Origin: Calditrichota bacterium
Lineage (GTDB): Bacteria > CLD3
Direction: 5' to 3'
Assembly (NCBI GenBank): GCA_008501735.1
Contig: QQUF01000033.1
Span: forward strand, 65,727-129,726
Length of the DNA stretch: 64,000 nt
Shown here: positions 46,026-55,809 of the stretch, piece after piece
Numbering within the stretch: position 1 is the stretch's first letter
How the letters are laid out: every line of letters begins with the position of its first letter
The notes under the pieces: generated by a model
Seen by the model: only the letters and a program-made list of their open reading frames with translations
What the model was told of the DNA's origin: nothing
Databases searched by the model: none
Translations under genes and position numbers: made by a program

Positions 46026-47639
46026 TTATTTATTTAATTCGATTCCGTTAAAAAGTGGGTTTTCAAAATTTTCGATTTTATGAAAGATGTAAGGGCTTGA
46101 AGGACCTAAAACTGTGTCTCCAGAAGAGTTCCAGCCTAAATCCCAACTTGTAAGCAAAGTATCATAAATTTCAGTTTCCGAAGTCAAGTAGGCAACATTT
46201 GGAATTGAACTTAAGCATTCTTCCCCTTTTGTATTTCCAAGAAATCTATTTTTAGACTCTTCATAAATAAAATGAACATCACAGCCTTCAGCCCAAATTA
46301 AGTCATCTTGACTTAAACCATCAAAATCAGAAGGTGTTTCCCACGAACCTACAAATTCTTCTGGGTTCGAAAGCCTATAAATTCTATCGAAAAGACCATT
46401 ATTTTCATAAGTTAAATGATAAATTCTTTGCCTGTAAGGACTGCTTTGGCTTTCAAACTGAGCTTGTTCTACATAAACCCAATAACCGTCTTTCCTCTCA
46501 CTCCAAATTGTCGCAATTTTCATTCTTACATCAAAGATATAAGGATCATTTGAATTTTGTGCTTGTTCTTCACTACTGAAAGAACCTGTCAACCAATCAG
46601 AAAGTAAATCCAAATCTTTACTTTTACCAAACCCATTGATAGGAATTACAACTAATGAATCAGTTTGTGAGTTACTTTTAATTACTAATGAATCAGAGTG
46701 GGCATTAGTACTAATTGGTAAAAAAGTTACATTGAATGATTGAGACTCATTTGGAAGAATTGACATTGGAGTTGCTGCATCTGTTTCAAATCCTTTAAAT
46801 TCATTTAAAAAATAAATTTCAGTGACTAATAATTCAGAATTTCCTTCATTTCTTAATGTTATACTTTTTGAAAATGATTCGCCAATCTCTGTATCCTCAA
46901 ATTCTATATTTGGAGTATCTGAAATAATTTGGCTAAAGGCTTCGTCTGCATTTCCGATAAATACTGTATGTTTTGGGTTTGCTTGATTACTAAAAATACT
47001 CATTTCGGCACTTGCTTGTCCGATTGCTTGTGGTTTGTAAGTAAAATTAATAAAAGATGAATCTCCATTTGATATTTCAAGAGCTGTTACTAAAGCTGTT
47101 TCAAAGTTTCTAGGAGGTGTAAATACAATATTTGAGATACGAACTGGTGAGTTTCCTAAATTTTTCACTTTCATATTTTTAGTAATTTCATTTGGAAAAA
47201 CGACCGTTCCGAAGTCCAAAGTATCAATTTCAGTTCCAAGTAAAAAAGTTTGTGCTAGTCCTTTCCCTCTTAAAGTCATAATATTTGAACCACCTTTTGC
47301 ATTGCTCGAAACCGAAAGTTTCCCTTCGTAATTAGTTACTGCATTTGGTGTAAAATTTATTTCAATTTTATGATTCTCACCACTTTCTAAGATTACTGGT
47401 AAAGAATCATTAGAAACACTAAAAATTAATGAAGAATCAATAGAAATTGAGTTTACTTCTAAAGGAAGGTCACCAACATTTTCAATTGTTAAAAATTGTG
47501 ATGTTTTAAAAGTTACAGGAATATCGCTAAACTCCAATACTGCTGGGTTAAGATTAATTTCTGGTTTGCTTTCAATTTTGTCCTCAGAACAAGAGAACAG
47601 AAAAGTTAAACTCAGAAGAAATAAATATTTAAAATTCAT
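46026..47639 (-). CDS. Lipoprotein with three ASH/choice-of-anchor-D Ig-like domains fused to a CpcT/CpeT chromophore-lyase-like domain
   Basis: Lipobox LFSC; three L.F......I.N.G...L.I..I repeats; C-terminal WLTGSFSSEEQA, IW......YW.YVEQA, PYRQRIY, GCDV, W..G. Confidence 0.8.
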   Translation of the reverse strand: MNFKYLFLLSLTFLFSCSEDKIESKPEINLNPAVLEFSDIPVTFKTSQFLTIENVGDLPLEVNSISIDSSLIFSVSNDSLPVILESGENHKIEINFTPNAVTNYEGKLSVSSNAKGGSNIMTLRGKGLAQTFLLGTEIDTLDFGTVVFPNEITKNMKVKNLGNSPVRISNIVFTPPRNFETALVTALEISNGDSSFINFTYKPQAIGQASAEMSIFSNQANPKHTVFIGNADEAFSQIISDTPNIEFEDTEIGESFSKSITLRNEGNSELLVTEIYFLNEFKGFETDAATPMSILPNESQSFNVTFLPISTNAHSDSLVIKSNSQTDSLVVIPINGFGKSKDLDLLSDWLTGSFSSEEQAQNSNDPYIFDVRMKIATIWSERKDGYWVYVEQAQFESQSSPYRQRIYHLTYENNGLFDRIYRLSNPEEFVGSWETPSDFDGLSQDDLIWAEGCDVHFIYEESKNRFLGNTKGEECLSSIPNVAYLTSETEIYDTLLTSWDLGWNSSGDTVLGPSSPYIFHKIENFENPLFNGIELNK

Positions 47640-47649
47640 TTTTAAATCC

Positions 47650-50556
47650 TTAATGAATCAATGTCATTTTTTTAATTTCTTGAAATTTACCTGCACTTAA
47701 TTTGTAAAAATAAATTCCTGAAGAAACAAGCGAATTTTTAGAATCCGTTCCATTCCAAATCACAGTTCCTTTTTTTTCCTCAAGTTCAAATTCTTTAACT
47801 GTTTCACCCAAAATATTAAAGATTACTAATTTCGCATTTTCAGAATTCGCAATTTCTAATTCATAATTAATTGAAGTTGTTGGGTTAAAAGGGTTTGGAT
47901 AATTTTGACTTAATTTGAAACTAAAAGGAGAATTGCTAATTTCTTTTGAATCTGCCAAAACGTCCCACCAAATCAGTAAGCTTTCCATAAAATTTTCTAA
48001 TCCGCTAAGACTTGGGTTTGGGGATTCCAAAATTGCCGACAGTGAGAAACCAGAAACAACCGTTTTCCAATTTGTTCCAGAATTGTAAACAACTGCAGGA
48101 GAGAAATTAGAACTTACTCCGTAGTTAAAAGCGGTTGTTCCATTCAGGTTTATCATTGCATCTTTTCCATTTTGCTGAACTCCGTTCACTGAATAAAGTT
48201 TGTCGTTTCCAAGAGGGTCGTTTTGAACACTTTTGATAAAACTGTTAGTTGTGCCATTTGCATCAATTTGGATTCCAAAAACATTGGTTCCCAAAATTGT
48301 TCCTGTTAAACTATTTACAACATCTTCACCAGTAAGAAAAATATTTCCACCATTGTTCAAGAACGTTTCAATTGAATTCAAGTTTGCTGAATTCAAAGGA
48401 TTTGTTCCAAAATCACCAGTTTCCCAAATTACATTTTTATAAATTAATTGATTCAAAGTGTCTGCAGAAATTTCACCTCTTTCTACAACATTCCAATAGT
48501 AAAAAGGAATTTCCAAATCTTCTAAGGCAGTCAAATAATTCGCCTCATAATTTGCACCAGTGTCGTCGTCAATTAGCAAAACTTGAGTAGTTTTCAAGCT
48601 AAAAGTTTCTTGCAATGGATTTGAGTTTGCTACTACAAAAGTGTCAGGTAAAGATTTAATCTCAAAATTTAATTTTGGAACTAAACTTAAGTTAGAATAA
48701 TTCAAAAATTCACTGTACGAAACAGGAATTTGAGAAAAACTAAAGTTACCGTTTACATCACTCTGCACTGTTAATTTAACTTCGTCAATATTTCCATAAT
48801 TGGCAAACAACTCAACTTTGACATTTTCAATTGGTTGAGAATTATCAGAAAGAATCGTCCCATTAAAATCTCCAAGAACTGAATTTTGTAAAACTGTATC
48901 TTGTTGAACAAATTCACCTAAAGTTAGATTTTTTGAAATGATAAGTGGCTCAAATCCGAATTTGAAAACCTTTAATTCTTGTGTTCCCTGTGGAATCAAA
49001 ACAGAATAATTTCCTAATGAATCTGTAGTTGTAATTTTACTCTGAGTTTCAACTCTTGCTCCTTCAATCGGATTTCCGAATGAATCTGTAATTTGTCCTT
49101 GGATTGTTCCACCAAGCAAATTGTAAGCACCTTGAATGTTTGGTCTAACTCCAATTTGTTTAAAACTTTGAGCTTGAGGTGAGCCTGAAGCCATAAACAA
49201 ATCACGCAAATCTAACGCAGAAAGTGTTGCTGTTCCACCTGATACATTTTTGTAAAATCCTTGCAAACTTGCCAAAGCTCCTGTAACAATCGGTGAAGCA
49301 GAAGAAGTTCCACCAAAAGAATTTGTGTACTCTTGGTTAACATCATTTGTGCCAAAAGTGATTTCTCCATAACCTGCTGTGTAAACTCCAGAACCCCAAC
49401 CACTTAAGTCAACAGTTTCACCGTAATTTGTAAACCATTCAGGAGCATTTGCACTTGGAGTTCCTGCTCCAATCGTAACTGCTCCGCTGTCGTTTGATTT
49501 CAAGAACCAATCATTGTATTCAGGAGCATCTAAATCTTGTTGTCCATTTCCAGCAGCCTGAATCACAACTCTTCCGTCACCTGTTGCTGTTTGGATTGCA
49601 AAATATGCACTAATGTTCCACTCGCAAGGAACTAAGCCAAATTGTGATGTTCCGCCAGTGTGATTTGGTCCAGGAATGTGAACTTCAAGTAAAATAAAAT
49701 CACCTTGATTTATTGAAAGTGAAGTTACCATTATTGTATTTCCAAATGAACCTCCAGCAGCCCAAGAATGAACACCAGCTGTTGCATCAGGAACAATTCC
49801 TGTAATTCCATAACCATTATCTTGTCCGACCATTTCACCAAGAACCGCAGTTCCGTGGTCAAAATCCGAACCACTTCCAGGACTTGTTCCATTCAAAACA
49901 TAATTTGGGTCAATACAATAATCTTCGTGATTCTCGTTCCAAGCATTCTCTAAGTCAATTATAACAATTCCTTGACCTGTTCCACCAGGAATTGTCCAAC
50001 CAAAATTTGCGTCAACACCAAGAGGTGCAGGACTTAAGTAACCTTGTGAACCTTGATAATTTGGAGTTGTCGGCGAAATGTCAGAAACGTTACAAACAGG
50101 AACTTTTGGAATCGGACAAGGAAAAGCAACTTCAACAAAATCTAAACGATTTAAGTCGTCAATTAAATTTTGAACTTCGGTTTTCGTACTTTTCTCAAAT
50201 TCGGCAATAAAGAATAAATTTAAATCAGGTAGGATTTTGTTAAGATTCTGCTCTGCTCTACTTCGAGACGCATTCAATTCTTCTTTTGGAGAAGTGTAAG
50301 ATTTTCTTAGCAAAGTTAATTTTTGAGAATTTAAAACAGAATTTAACTGTTCTAATTTTTCAATATTTGTTGAGATTAGTTTTCCATCTACAAAATCAAA
50401 TCCTTCGTTCTCCCAAATTTTGAATTCAATTTTATCTAAGTAAACGCCTTCAGTAACAAGGCTTTGATTTGGAGAATAGTTTACAATTCTACGTTCAGTT
50501 GAAAATAAATCTTGGGTAAGTAGTAGTGCTAAAAAGAGACTAAAGACAATTTGCAT
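47650..50556 (-). CDS. Secreted S8 peptidase with carboxypeptidase-regulatory-like domains and C-terminal FlgD/T9SS-type domain
   Basis: IDLE, DHGTAVLG, AAGNG, FGGTSSASPIVTG; QNYPNPFNPTT...WNG.D....VSSGIYFYKL. Confidence 0.9.
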   Translation of the reverse strand: MQIVFSLFLALLLTQDLFSTERRIVNYSPNQSLVTEGVYLDKIEFKIWENEGFDFVDGKLISTNIEKLEQLNSVLNSQKLTLLRKSYTSPKEELNASRSRAEQNLNKILPDLNLFFIAEFEKSTKTEVQNLIDDLNRLDFVEVAFPCPIPKVPVCNVSDISPTTPNYQGSQGYLSPAPLGVDANFGWTIPGGTGQGIVIIDLENAWNENHEDYCIDPNYVLNGTSPGSGSDFDHGTAVLGEMVGQDNGYGITGIVPDATAGVHSWAAGGSFGNTIMVTSLSINQGDFILLEVHIPGPNHTGGTSQFGLVPCEWNISAYFAIQTATGDGRVVIQAAGNGQQDLDAPEYNDWFLKSNDSGAVTIGAGTPSANAPEWFTNYGETVDLSGWGSGVYTAGYGEITFGTNDVNQEYTNSFGGTSSASPIVTGALASLQGFYKNVSGGTATLSALDLRDLFMASGSPQAQSFKQIGVRPNIQGAYNLLGGTIQGQITDSFGNPIEGARVETQSKITTTDSLGNYSVLIPQGTQELKVFKFGFEPLIISKNLTLGEFVQQDTVLQNSVLGDFNGTILSDNSQPIENVKVELFANYGNIDEVKLTVQSDVNGNFSFSQIPVSYSEFLNYSNLSLVPKLNFEIKSLPDTFVVANSNPLQETFSLKTTQVLLIDDDTGANYEANYLTALEDLEIPFYYWNVVERGEISADTLNQLIYKNVIWETGDFGTNPLNSANLNSIETFLNNGGNIFLTGEDVVNSLTGTILGTNVFGIQIDANGTTNSFIKSVQNDPLGNDKLYSVNGVQQNGKDAMINLNGTTAFNYGVSSNFSPAVVYNSGTNWKTVVSGFSLSAILESPNPSLSGLENFMESLLIWWDVLADSKEISNSPFSFKLSQNYPNPFNPTTSINYELEIANSENAKLVIFNILGETVKEFELEEKKGTVIWNGTDSKNSLVSSGIYFYKLSAGKFQEIKKMTLIH

Positions 50557-50657
50557 AAGATTTCCCTGAAACTTTGGTTAAGGTTTTAAAAGTTAAGGAT
50601 AGAAAATTGAAAAGATAATTTTTATTCCAATTATTAACAAGTTCAATTTCTCTTGGA

Positions 50658-50726
50658 GTGAGAACCCGACTCAGAGTCGGAATCTCACAACTCTTCTGAG
50701 ATTCTCACTCCCAGTGAGGCTCTCAG
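50658..50726. repeat. Inverted pair of 31-bp REP palindromes downstream of the RAYT
   Basis: GTGAGAACCCGACTCAGAGTCGGAATCTCAC (50658-50688) and CTGAGATTCTCACTCCCAGTGAGGCTCTCAG (50696-50726). Confidence 0.9.
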
Positions 50727-50735
50727 TTTCTAAAA

Positions 50736-51284
50736 TCAAATCCAGTATTTTGCTTTAACTTCTGAAATTATCGTTTGCGAAAATTTGTAGTAGGATTTTG
50801 GGTTTTCAAATTTCGACAAAATTAGTTCTTTCTTAGGCAAACTTCCATTTCGCAATTCGACGTAATCTTGGAAACTGCTAAACTCCCAATCTTCTTGTTT
50901 GTCAACTAAATTTGCTCGTAATGGGTTTTGGTGAATGTAAGTTACAAGGTTTACAAAATAGCTTGGTTCATCAACCAATTTCATTTTCGCGTGTTTCTGA
51001 AACAAACTACCTTGCCTACGAAATCGTTTGTTAATTCCTCTTGTGTAAGAACTTTGTAAAGTGCCGATTTTACTTTTTAGCTCTGAAATGTCTTCTGAAA
51101 TAATTTTAATCAAAAAATGAAAATGTGTTGGCATCAGACAGTAAGCAATTGTTTCAAGATGCTCGTCAAGGTGAAATCTGTATTTTCGTAAAAAGTAGAT
51201 GTAGTTGTCTCTTTCTTTGAAAAGTAATTCACGATTGTTACTTCTGTTGTAAAAATGGTAGTAGTTGTCTTTGTAAAGTTCCAT
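50736..51284 (-). mobile_element. REP-associated tyrosine transposase (RAYT, Y1_Tnp/HUH family)
   Basis: YYHFYNR, AYCLMPTHFH (HUH), LFQ, YIHQNP (catalytic Tyr), WEFSS; flanked on both sides by REP palindromes. Confidence 0.9.
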
Positions 51285-51298
51285 TTATTCCTCATCTT

Positions 51299-51458
51299 CT
51301 GAGATTCATCTCTGAGATTCTCACTTCCAGTGAGGCTCTCAGTTTGATTTTAAAGTTTAGCGAGAAAGCCCGTTTTAATGTTTAGCGAGTGAGAGCCCGA
51401 CTCAGAGTCGGAATCTCACAAAATCCTCTGAGATTCTCACTCCCAGTGAGGCTCTCAG
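51299..51458. repeat. Three 31-bp REP palindromes (plus a half copy) upstream of the RAYT
   Basis: 51312-51342, 51389-51419, 51428-51458; half-site CTGAGATTC at 51299-51307. Confidence 0.9.
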
Positions 51459-51468
51459 TTAAAGTTGT

Positions 51469-52854
51469 CTAATAAGCACTTTTATCGAAAAACACTTTTA
51501 CGCAGGTGATTAAAATTATCTTGAAGTCAAATCTGAAGCTCCAATTTTCGATATAAAATGTGTCGTATTCAATTCTGCGTTGAATGGAAGAATCTCCTCG
51601 AAATCCATTTATTTGAGCCCAACCTGTAATTCCAGTTTTTACTTGGTGTCTGCTCATATAATTTTGGAAATCTTCTCGGAATTTTTCTGCAAAATGTGGT
51701 CTTTCGGGTCTTGGACCAACAACACTCATTTGACCTTTTAAAACATTCCAAAATTGTGGCAATTCATCAAGAGAAGTTTTCCTCAAAATTTTTCCAATTA
51801 CTGTAACTCTTTTGTCATTTTCAGTTGTCCACTTTGTATCAGACTCTTTAACAATCTGCTCAAACATTGTTCTAAATTTATAAATTGAAAAAGGTTTATT
51901 GTCTAATCCTAACCTCTCCTGTTTAAAGAGAATTTTGCCTTTTGAAGTAAACTTTATCCCAAGAGCAATTAGTAAAAAAACAGGAGAAAAGACTATTAAC
52001 ACAAAAGAAGAAAAAAGAATATCAAAAATTCTTTTAAAGATTCGATTTCTAAATCTTGCTAATGGAGTCGGCTGTACGGAGACCAAAAAATTATCTACGA
52101 CTCTTTCAATTTTAATATTCGAGTTATTAATCGCTTCACTAAAATTTGGCAAAATTTGAATCTTAATCCCTTCACTATGACAAAAATTTATTTCCCTAAA
52201 GATATTCTCTGAATCACCTTTTTCAGGAATCGAAAAAAAGACGATTCTTGTATGATTTTGCTTCACGTAGTTTCTTAAATCAGAAATATTGCCCAAAAGA
52301 TTTTTTTCTCCCGAATCGTCAAAAAAACCTAAAAAATTTAAGTCTTGAGTCGTGTCATTTATAAGCCTTTCAACAAGATTAACTGCTTTTTTATCTTTCC
52401 CTACTATGACGAATCCTTCTCTACCTGACTTTGAGAAAATGAATTTTTTGTAAAGGGAACCAAAGAAAATGTGAACTATTGAAGTAATTGAAAAATTCAG
52501 AAGCCAAAAATACCCGACAGTTAAACGAGAAAATGAAGGTCCTCGAAAAAAGAAAATGAATCCCAAAACTCCTGCAACTACAAGAGTTACTTTCAAAAAA
52601 GTACTTCTCAAAATCCAAGTAAATTGCTGTACCGGAAGATTTGAATAGTGGTCTTGATTCATAAAAATGAAGATTTCTCCAATTGTAAAAACAAGACTTA
52701 AAAGAAAATAATACTGTGGGTCGTAAGGTGCAGGAGGAATTCCGCCAATCATTAAATCAAAGCGTAAAAACAGTGCAAGTTCAAATATTAATAGAATTGC
52801 GAAAAAGTCAACAACGATTAGAATTAATTTAAATTGATTTAATCGTTCTCGCAT
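51469..52854 (-). CDS. wcaJ: Undecaprenyl-phosphate glucose phosphotransferase (WcaJ-like)
   Basis: N-terminal TMs; KRIFDI, YKFRTM, LRKTSLDELPQFWNVLKG.MS.VGPRPERP, GITGWAQING.RG. Confidence 0.9.
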   Translation of the reverse strand: MRERLNQFKLILIVVDFFAILLIFELALFLRFDLMIGGIPPAPYDPQYYFLLSLVFTIGEIFIFMNQDHYSNLPVQQFTWILRSTFLKVTLVVAGVLGFIFFFRGPSFSRLTVGYFWLLNFSITSIVHIFFGSLYKKFIFSKSGREGFVIVGKDKKAVNLVERLINDTTQDLNFLGFFDDSGEKNLLGNISDLRNYVKQNHTRIVFFSIPEKGDSENIFREINFCHSEGIKIQILPNFSEAINNSNIKIERVVDNFLVSVQPTPLARFRNRIFKRIFDILFSSFVLIVFSPVFLLIALGIKFTSKGKILFKQERLGLDNKPFSIYKFRTMFEQIVKESDTKWTTENDKRVTVIGKILRKTSLDELPQFWNVLKGQMSVVGPRPERPHFAEKFREDFQNYMSRHQVKTGITGWAQINGFRGDSSIQRRIEYDTFYIENWSFRFDFKIILITCVKVFFDKSAY

Positions 52855-53722
52855 AATTTCTTGCTCTAAAGGGAGTTAAAATTAATTTTATTAAAAAACT
52901 TACAATTATGCCAATGTAAACAATAAATCCAATTCCAAGAGAATATTTTTGTGCAAAATGTTTGTTGAAAAATATTAACATTGCCTTATAAAATTCCAAA
53001 AGCGCTTTAAAATTTGTTAGATTTTTACTGCTCACACTCTTGAGATGGGTTATTTGTACTTCACCAAAATAAGCGTTTTCAAATCCTGCTTTTTTCGCTC
53101 TTAAACAAAAATCTAGATCCTCACCATACATAAAAAAATCTTCATCAAAATATCCAATTTCCTCTAGCAAAGACTTACGGCAAAGCATAAAAGCTCCTGA
53201 AATTGCATCAACTAAAAAGTTGTCTTTTTCTGGAAAAGTCGAAAGATTGTAAGCTGTAAACTTTGGATTTTTGGGAAAGAGTTTGTGTAAAAAGAAAAGC
53301 CTGTAAAATGACGTTTCAGGAGTTGGGAAACTTCTTTTACAAGCTGGGTCAATTTTCCCATCACTTAAAGTCAGTCTTGGAGTTACAAATCCGAATTTGT
53401 CATTTTTTTTAATGTTGGAAAGAAGGAAATCTAAAGCATTTTGGTTTACAATAGCATCAGGATTTAGAATTAAAACAAATTCGCCTGTTGTTTGTTTTAA
53501 AACCAAATTATTAGCTTTTCCAAAACCTAAATTTTGAGAGTTTTGAGTGAATGTTACTTTTGGAAAATGTTCGGAAATAATTTTTTGAGTAGAGTCTTTT
53601 GAGTTATTGTCAACAACAAAAATTTCTTTTTTTATGAATTTTGTACTTTCAAAAAGTGCTTCCAAACAACTCTGAATTGTGGATTCTGAATTGTAAGTAA
53701 CGATTACAACTGAAAGTAACAT
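52829..53722 (-). CDS. Glycosyltransferase family 2 (WbbL/rhamnosyltransferase-like)
   Basis: VIVTYN, VVDNNS.D, NLGFGKANN, LNPD, FDEDFFMYGEDLD. Confidence 0.9.
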   Translation of the reverse strand: MLLSVVIVTYNSESTIQSCLEALFESTKFIKKEIFVVDNNSKDSTQKIISEHFPKVTFTQNSQNLGFGKANNLVLKQTTGEFVLILNPDAIVNQNALDFLLSNIKKNDKFGFVTPRLTLSDGKIDPACKRSFPTPETSFYRLFFLHKLFPKNPKFTAYNLSTFPEKDNFLVDAISGAFMLCRKSLLEEIGYFDEDFFMYGEDLDFCLRAKKAGFENAYFGEVQITHLKSVSSKNLTNFKALLEFYKAMLIFFNKHFAQKYSLGIGFIVYIGIIVSFLIKLILTPFRARNYARTIKSI

Positions 53723-54445
53723 CTACTTGTAATTACCAAAAATTTTGCCAAGTCTTAGTCGCCAAACCAAAAAAGCTGCTTCCCAAATTATATCAGGGTG
53801 CATTTTGGAAGTTCCTCTTTCTCGGTCTCTAAAAATTATAGGAATTTCTTTAACACGAAAATTTCTAACCCAAATCTTGAAGTTAATTTCAATTTGGAAA
53901 GAATATCCATCGGAATGAACTCGGTTTAAATCTATCGCTTTAAGTGCTTCAATACGAATACATTTAAATCCGCCAGTTGCATCTTTGATTGGCATTCCTG
54001 TAATGATTTTTGAATAAACATTTGCAAAGTAGCTCAAAAGCAATCGGCTAAGAGGCCAGTTTACAACATTGACTCCAGTAATGTAACGTGAGCCAATTAC
54101 TAAATCATTGTCTTTGATAGTTTCTAAAAATTGCCTTAGAACTTCTGGACTGTGCGAGAAATCTGCGTCCATTTGGCAAACAATATCATAATTATTTTCG
54201 ATTGCCCATTGGAATCCTTTTACGTAAGCAGTTCCAAGACCAAGTTTGCCTTCTCTTTGCAAAAGGTGAATTTTAGGATTAATTTTGGAAAGGTCTTTAA
54301 CGATTTCAGCAGTTCCATCTGGTGAATTGTCGTCAATTACCAAAATCTCAACACCCAAATTAAGATTTTCTATACTTTCAAGAATTAGGGATATATTCTC
54401 TGATTCGTTGTAAGTAGGAATAATTACTAAAGTTTTCTCACTCAT
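53723..54445 (-). CDS. Polyprenol monophosphomannose synthase (DPM1-like GT2)
   Basis: IIPTYNE, DDNSPDGT, GKLGLGTAY..GF, MDADFSH, D.TGGFK, GYSFQIE. Confidence 0.92.
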   Translation of the reverse strand: MSEKTLVIIPTYNESENISLILESIENLNLGVEILVIDDNSPDGTAEIVKDLSKINPKIHLLQREGKLGLGTAYVKGFQWAIENNYDIVCQMDADFSHSPEVLRQFLETIKDNDLVIGSRYITGVNVVNWPLSRLLLSYFANVYSKIITGMPIKDATGGFKCIRIEALKAIDLNRVHSDGYSFQIEINFKIWVRNFRVKEIPIIFRDRERGTSKMHPDIIWEAAFLVWRLRLGKIFGNYK

Positions 54446-54454
54446 TAATTCAAC

Positions 54455-55030
54455 TTATAAATGTTTCTTAAGTTCGTTTTCAAAGACATCTTTGTCGCGA
54501 TAACCAACAAAACGGTTTACAATTTTACCTTCTTTGTTCAAGACAAAGGTTGTTGGAATTGGTTTAACACCATAAGCAGCAATAACATCAGGTTTTACAA
54601 CAACTTGCAAATAATTCATTTTATAACTTTTAACAAATTTTTCAACAACTTCTTTTCCTTGGTCAACACTGACACCTAACATTACAAAATCCTTGTCAGC
54701 GAACTCTTTTGAAAGTTCAACAAAATGTGGGATTTCAGCTCTACAAGGTGGACACCAAGTTGCCCAAAAATCTAAAATGACGATTTTTCCCTTTAAGTCT
54801 TTGATAGATTTAAATTTGCCATTTTCATCTTGCCACTGAAAATTTGGTGCTTCTTGATTTAAAAAATTATAATCTGCAACTTTGTTTTTGGCAATTGATT
54901 TTCCTTCTGTAACAAAGCCGTACTTGATATTTTTATCATTTTCTGAATTTTCACTTTTCTTGTTCTCGGCACAAGAAACCAATGAAATAGAAACTATTAA
55001 TAAGAAAAATAATTTTAGAGATTTTAACAT
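54455..55030 (-). CDS. TlpA/ResA-family thioredoxin-like lipoprotein (likely start ATG 55030)
   Basis: Lipobox LVSC; LDFWATWCPPCRAEIP; IPTTF. Confidence 0.9.
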   Translation of the reverse strand: MLKSLKLFFLLIVSISLVSCAENKKSENSENDKNIKYGFVTEGKSIAKNKVADYNFLNQEAPNFQWQDENGKFKSIKDLKGKIVILDFWATWCPPCRAEIPHFVELSKEFADKDFVMLGVSVDQGKEVVEKFVKSYKMNYLQVVVKPDVIAAYGVKPIPTTFVLNKEGKIVNRFVGYRDKDVFENELKKHL

Positions 55031-55040
55031 TTTAATACTT

Positions 55041-55808
55041 TCATTCATTTTCGACGACAAAAGGTTTGAGACTTTCACCATTAATTTGAAGATTTTTAAA
55101 AGTTTCGGTCGCAGCTTTTGCATCTACCCTATTTTTGAAATTTCCAACTTTTACTTTAGAAAGCCCGTCCATTTGTGAATATTCCACAGAAACTTGTTCA
55201 CCAGAGATTTTACGAAGTTTTTCTGCAAAAGAATTTGCGTTTTTTTCAGTACCAGCAAAAACTTGCAAAGAATATTTTTCTTTTAAAGTAGAAATATTTT
55301 CATTTTGCGTTGGTATTCCAATTTCTGAGGAAACTATAAAAGCACCTCCATAAAATTTCTCTTTCACTTCCATTTTAAATTTTTCAGCTTCATTCCTTGT
55401 CAAGAAATTACCCATTCGGACTTTCCAAAGTCCATTTTCTTCAATAACGTAACCTTGAGTGTTTAATTTCTTTTCAGCTTGAATTTTGATATTTTCAGCA
55501 GAAATCGAATTTTGGAATGCCTCAATTTGTACTCGAAATCCCATTAAGACATTTGATTTAACAGGAGTAATCTCTTCAACTTTTGAAGGTTCTTCTTCAA
55601 TAATTGGTTGAATGTCAATTGGCTCTGACTCTGAAATTAAAATGTCAATTGGGTCGGTTTCACTTGCTTCTTTTGTAAGAAGCGTGTCAGCTTTTGGAAC
55701 TTCTTTAATGTTAATTAGTGGTTCTTTTTCGATTAAGGCTTTTTTCTGAGAAAGCCCACAAGAACTGAAAATTGCTGCAATAAAAAATAATAAAAAATAA
55801 TTTTTCAA
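55041..55808 (-). CDS. SPOR-domain lipoprotein (two SPOR domains; likely TTG start at 55808)
   Basis: Lipobox FSSC; GFRVQI.AF, WKVRMGNF.TR.EA, KVKVGNF. Confidence 0.85.
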   Translation of the reverse strand: MKNYFLLFFIAAIFSSCGLSQKKALIEKEPLINIKEVPKADTLLTKEASETDPIDILISESEPIDIQPIIEEEPSKVEEITPVKSNVLMGFRVQIEAFQNSISAENIKIQAEKKLNTQGYVIEENGLWKVRMGNFLTRNEAEKFKMEVKEKFYGGAFIVSSEIGIPTQNENISTLKEKYSLQVFAGTEKNANSFAEKLRKISGEQVSVEYSQMDGLSKVKVGNFKNRVDAKAATETFKNLQINGESLKPFVVENE

Positions 55809-55809
55809 T

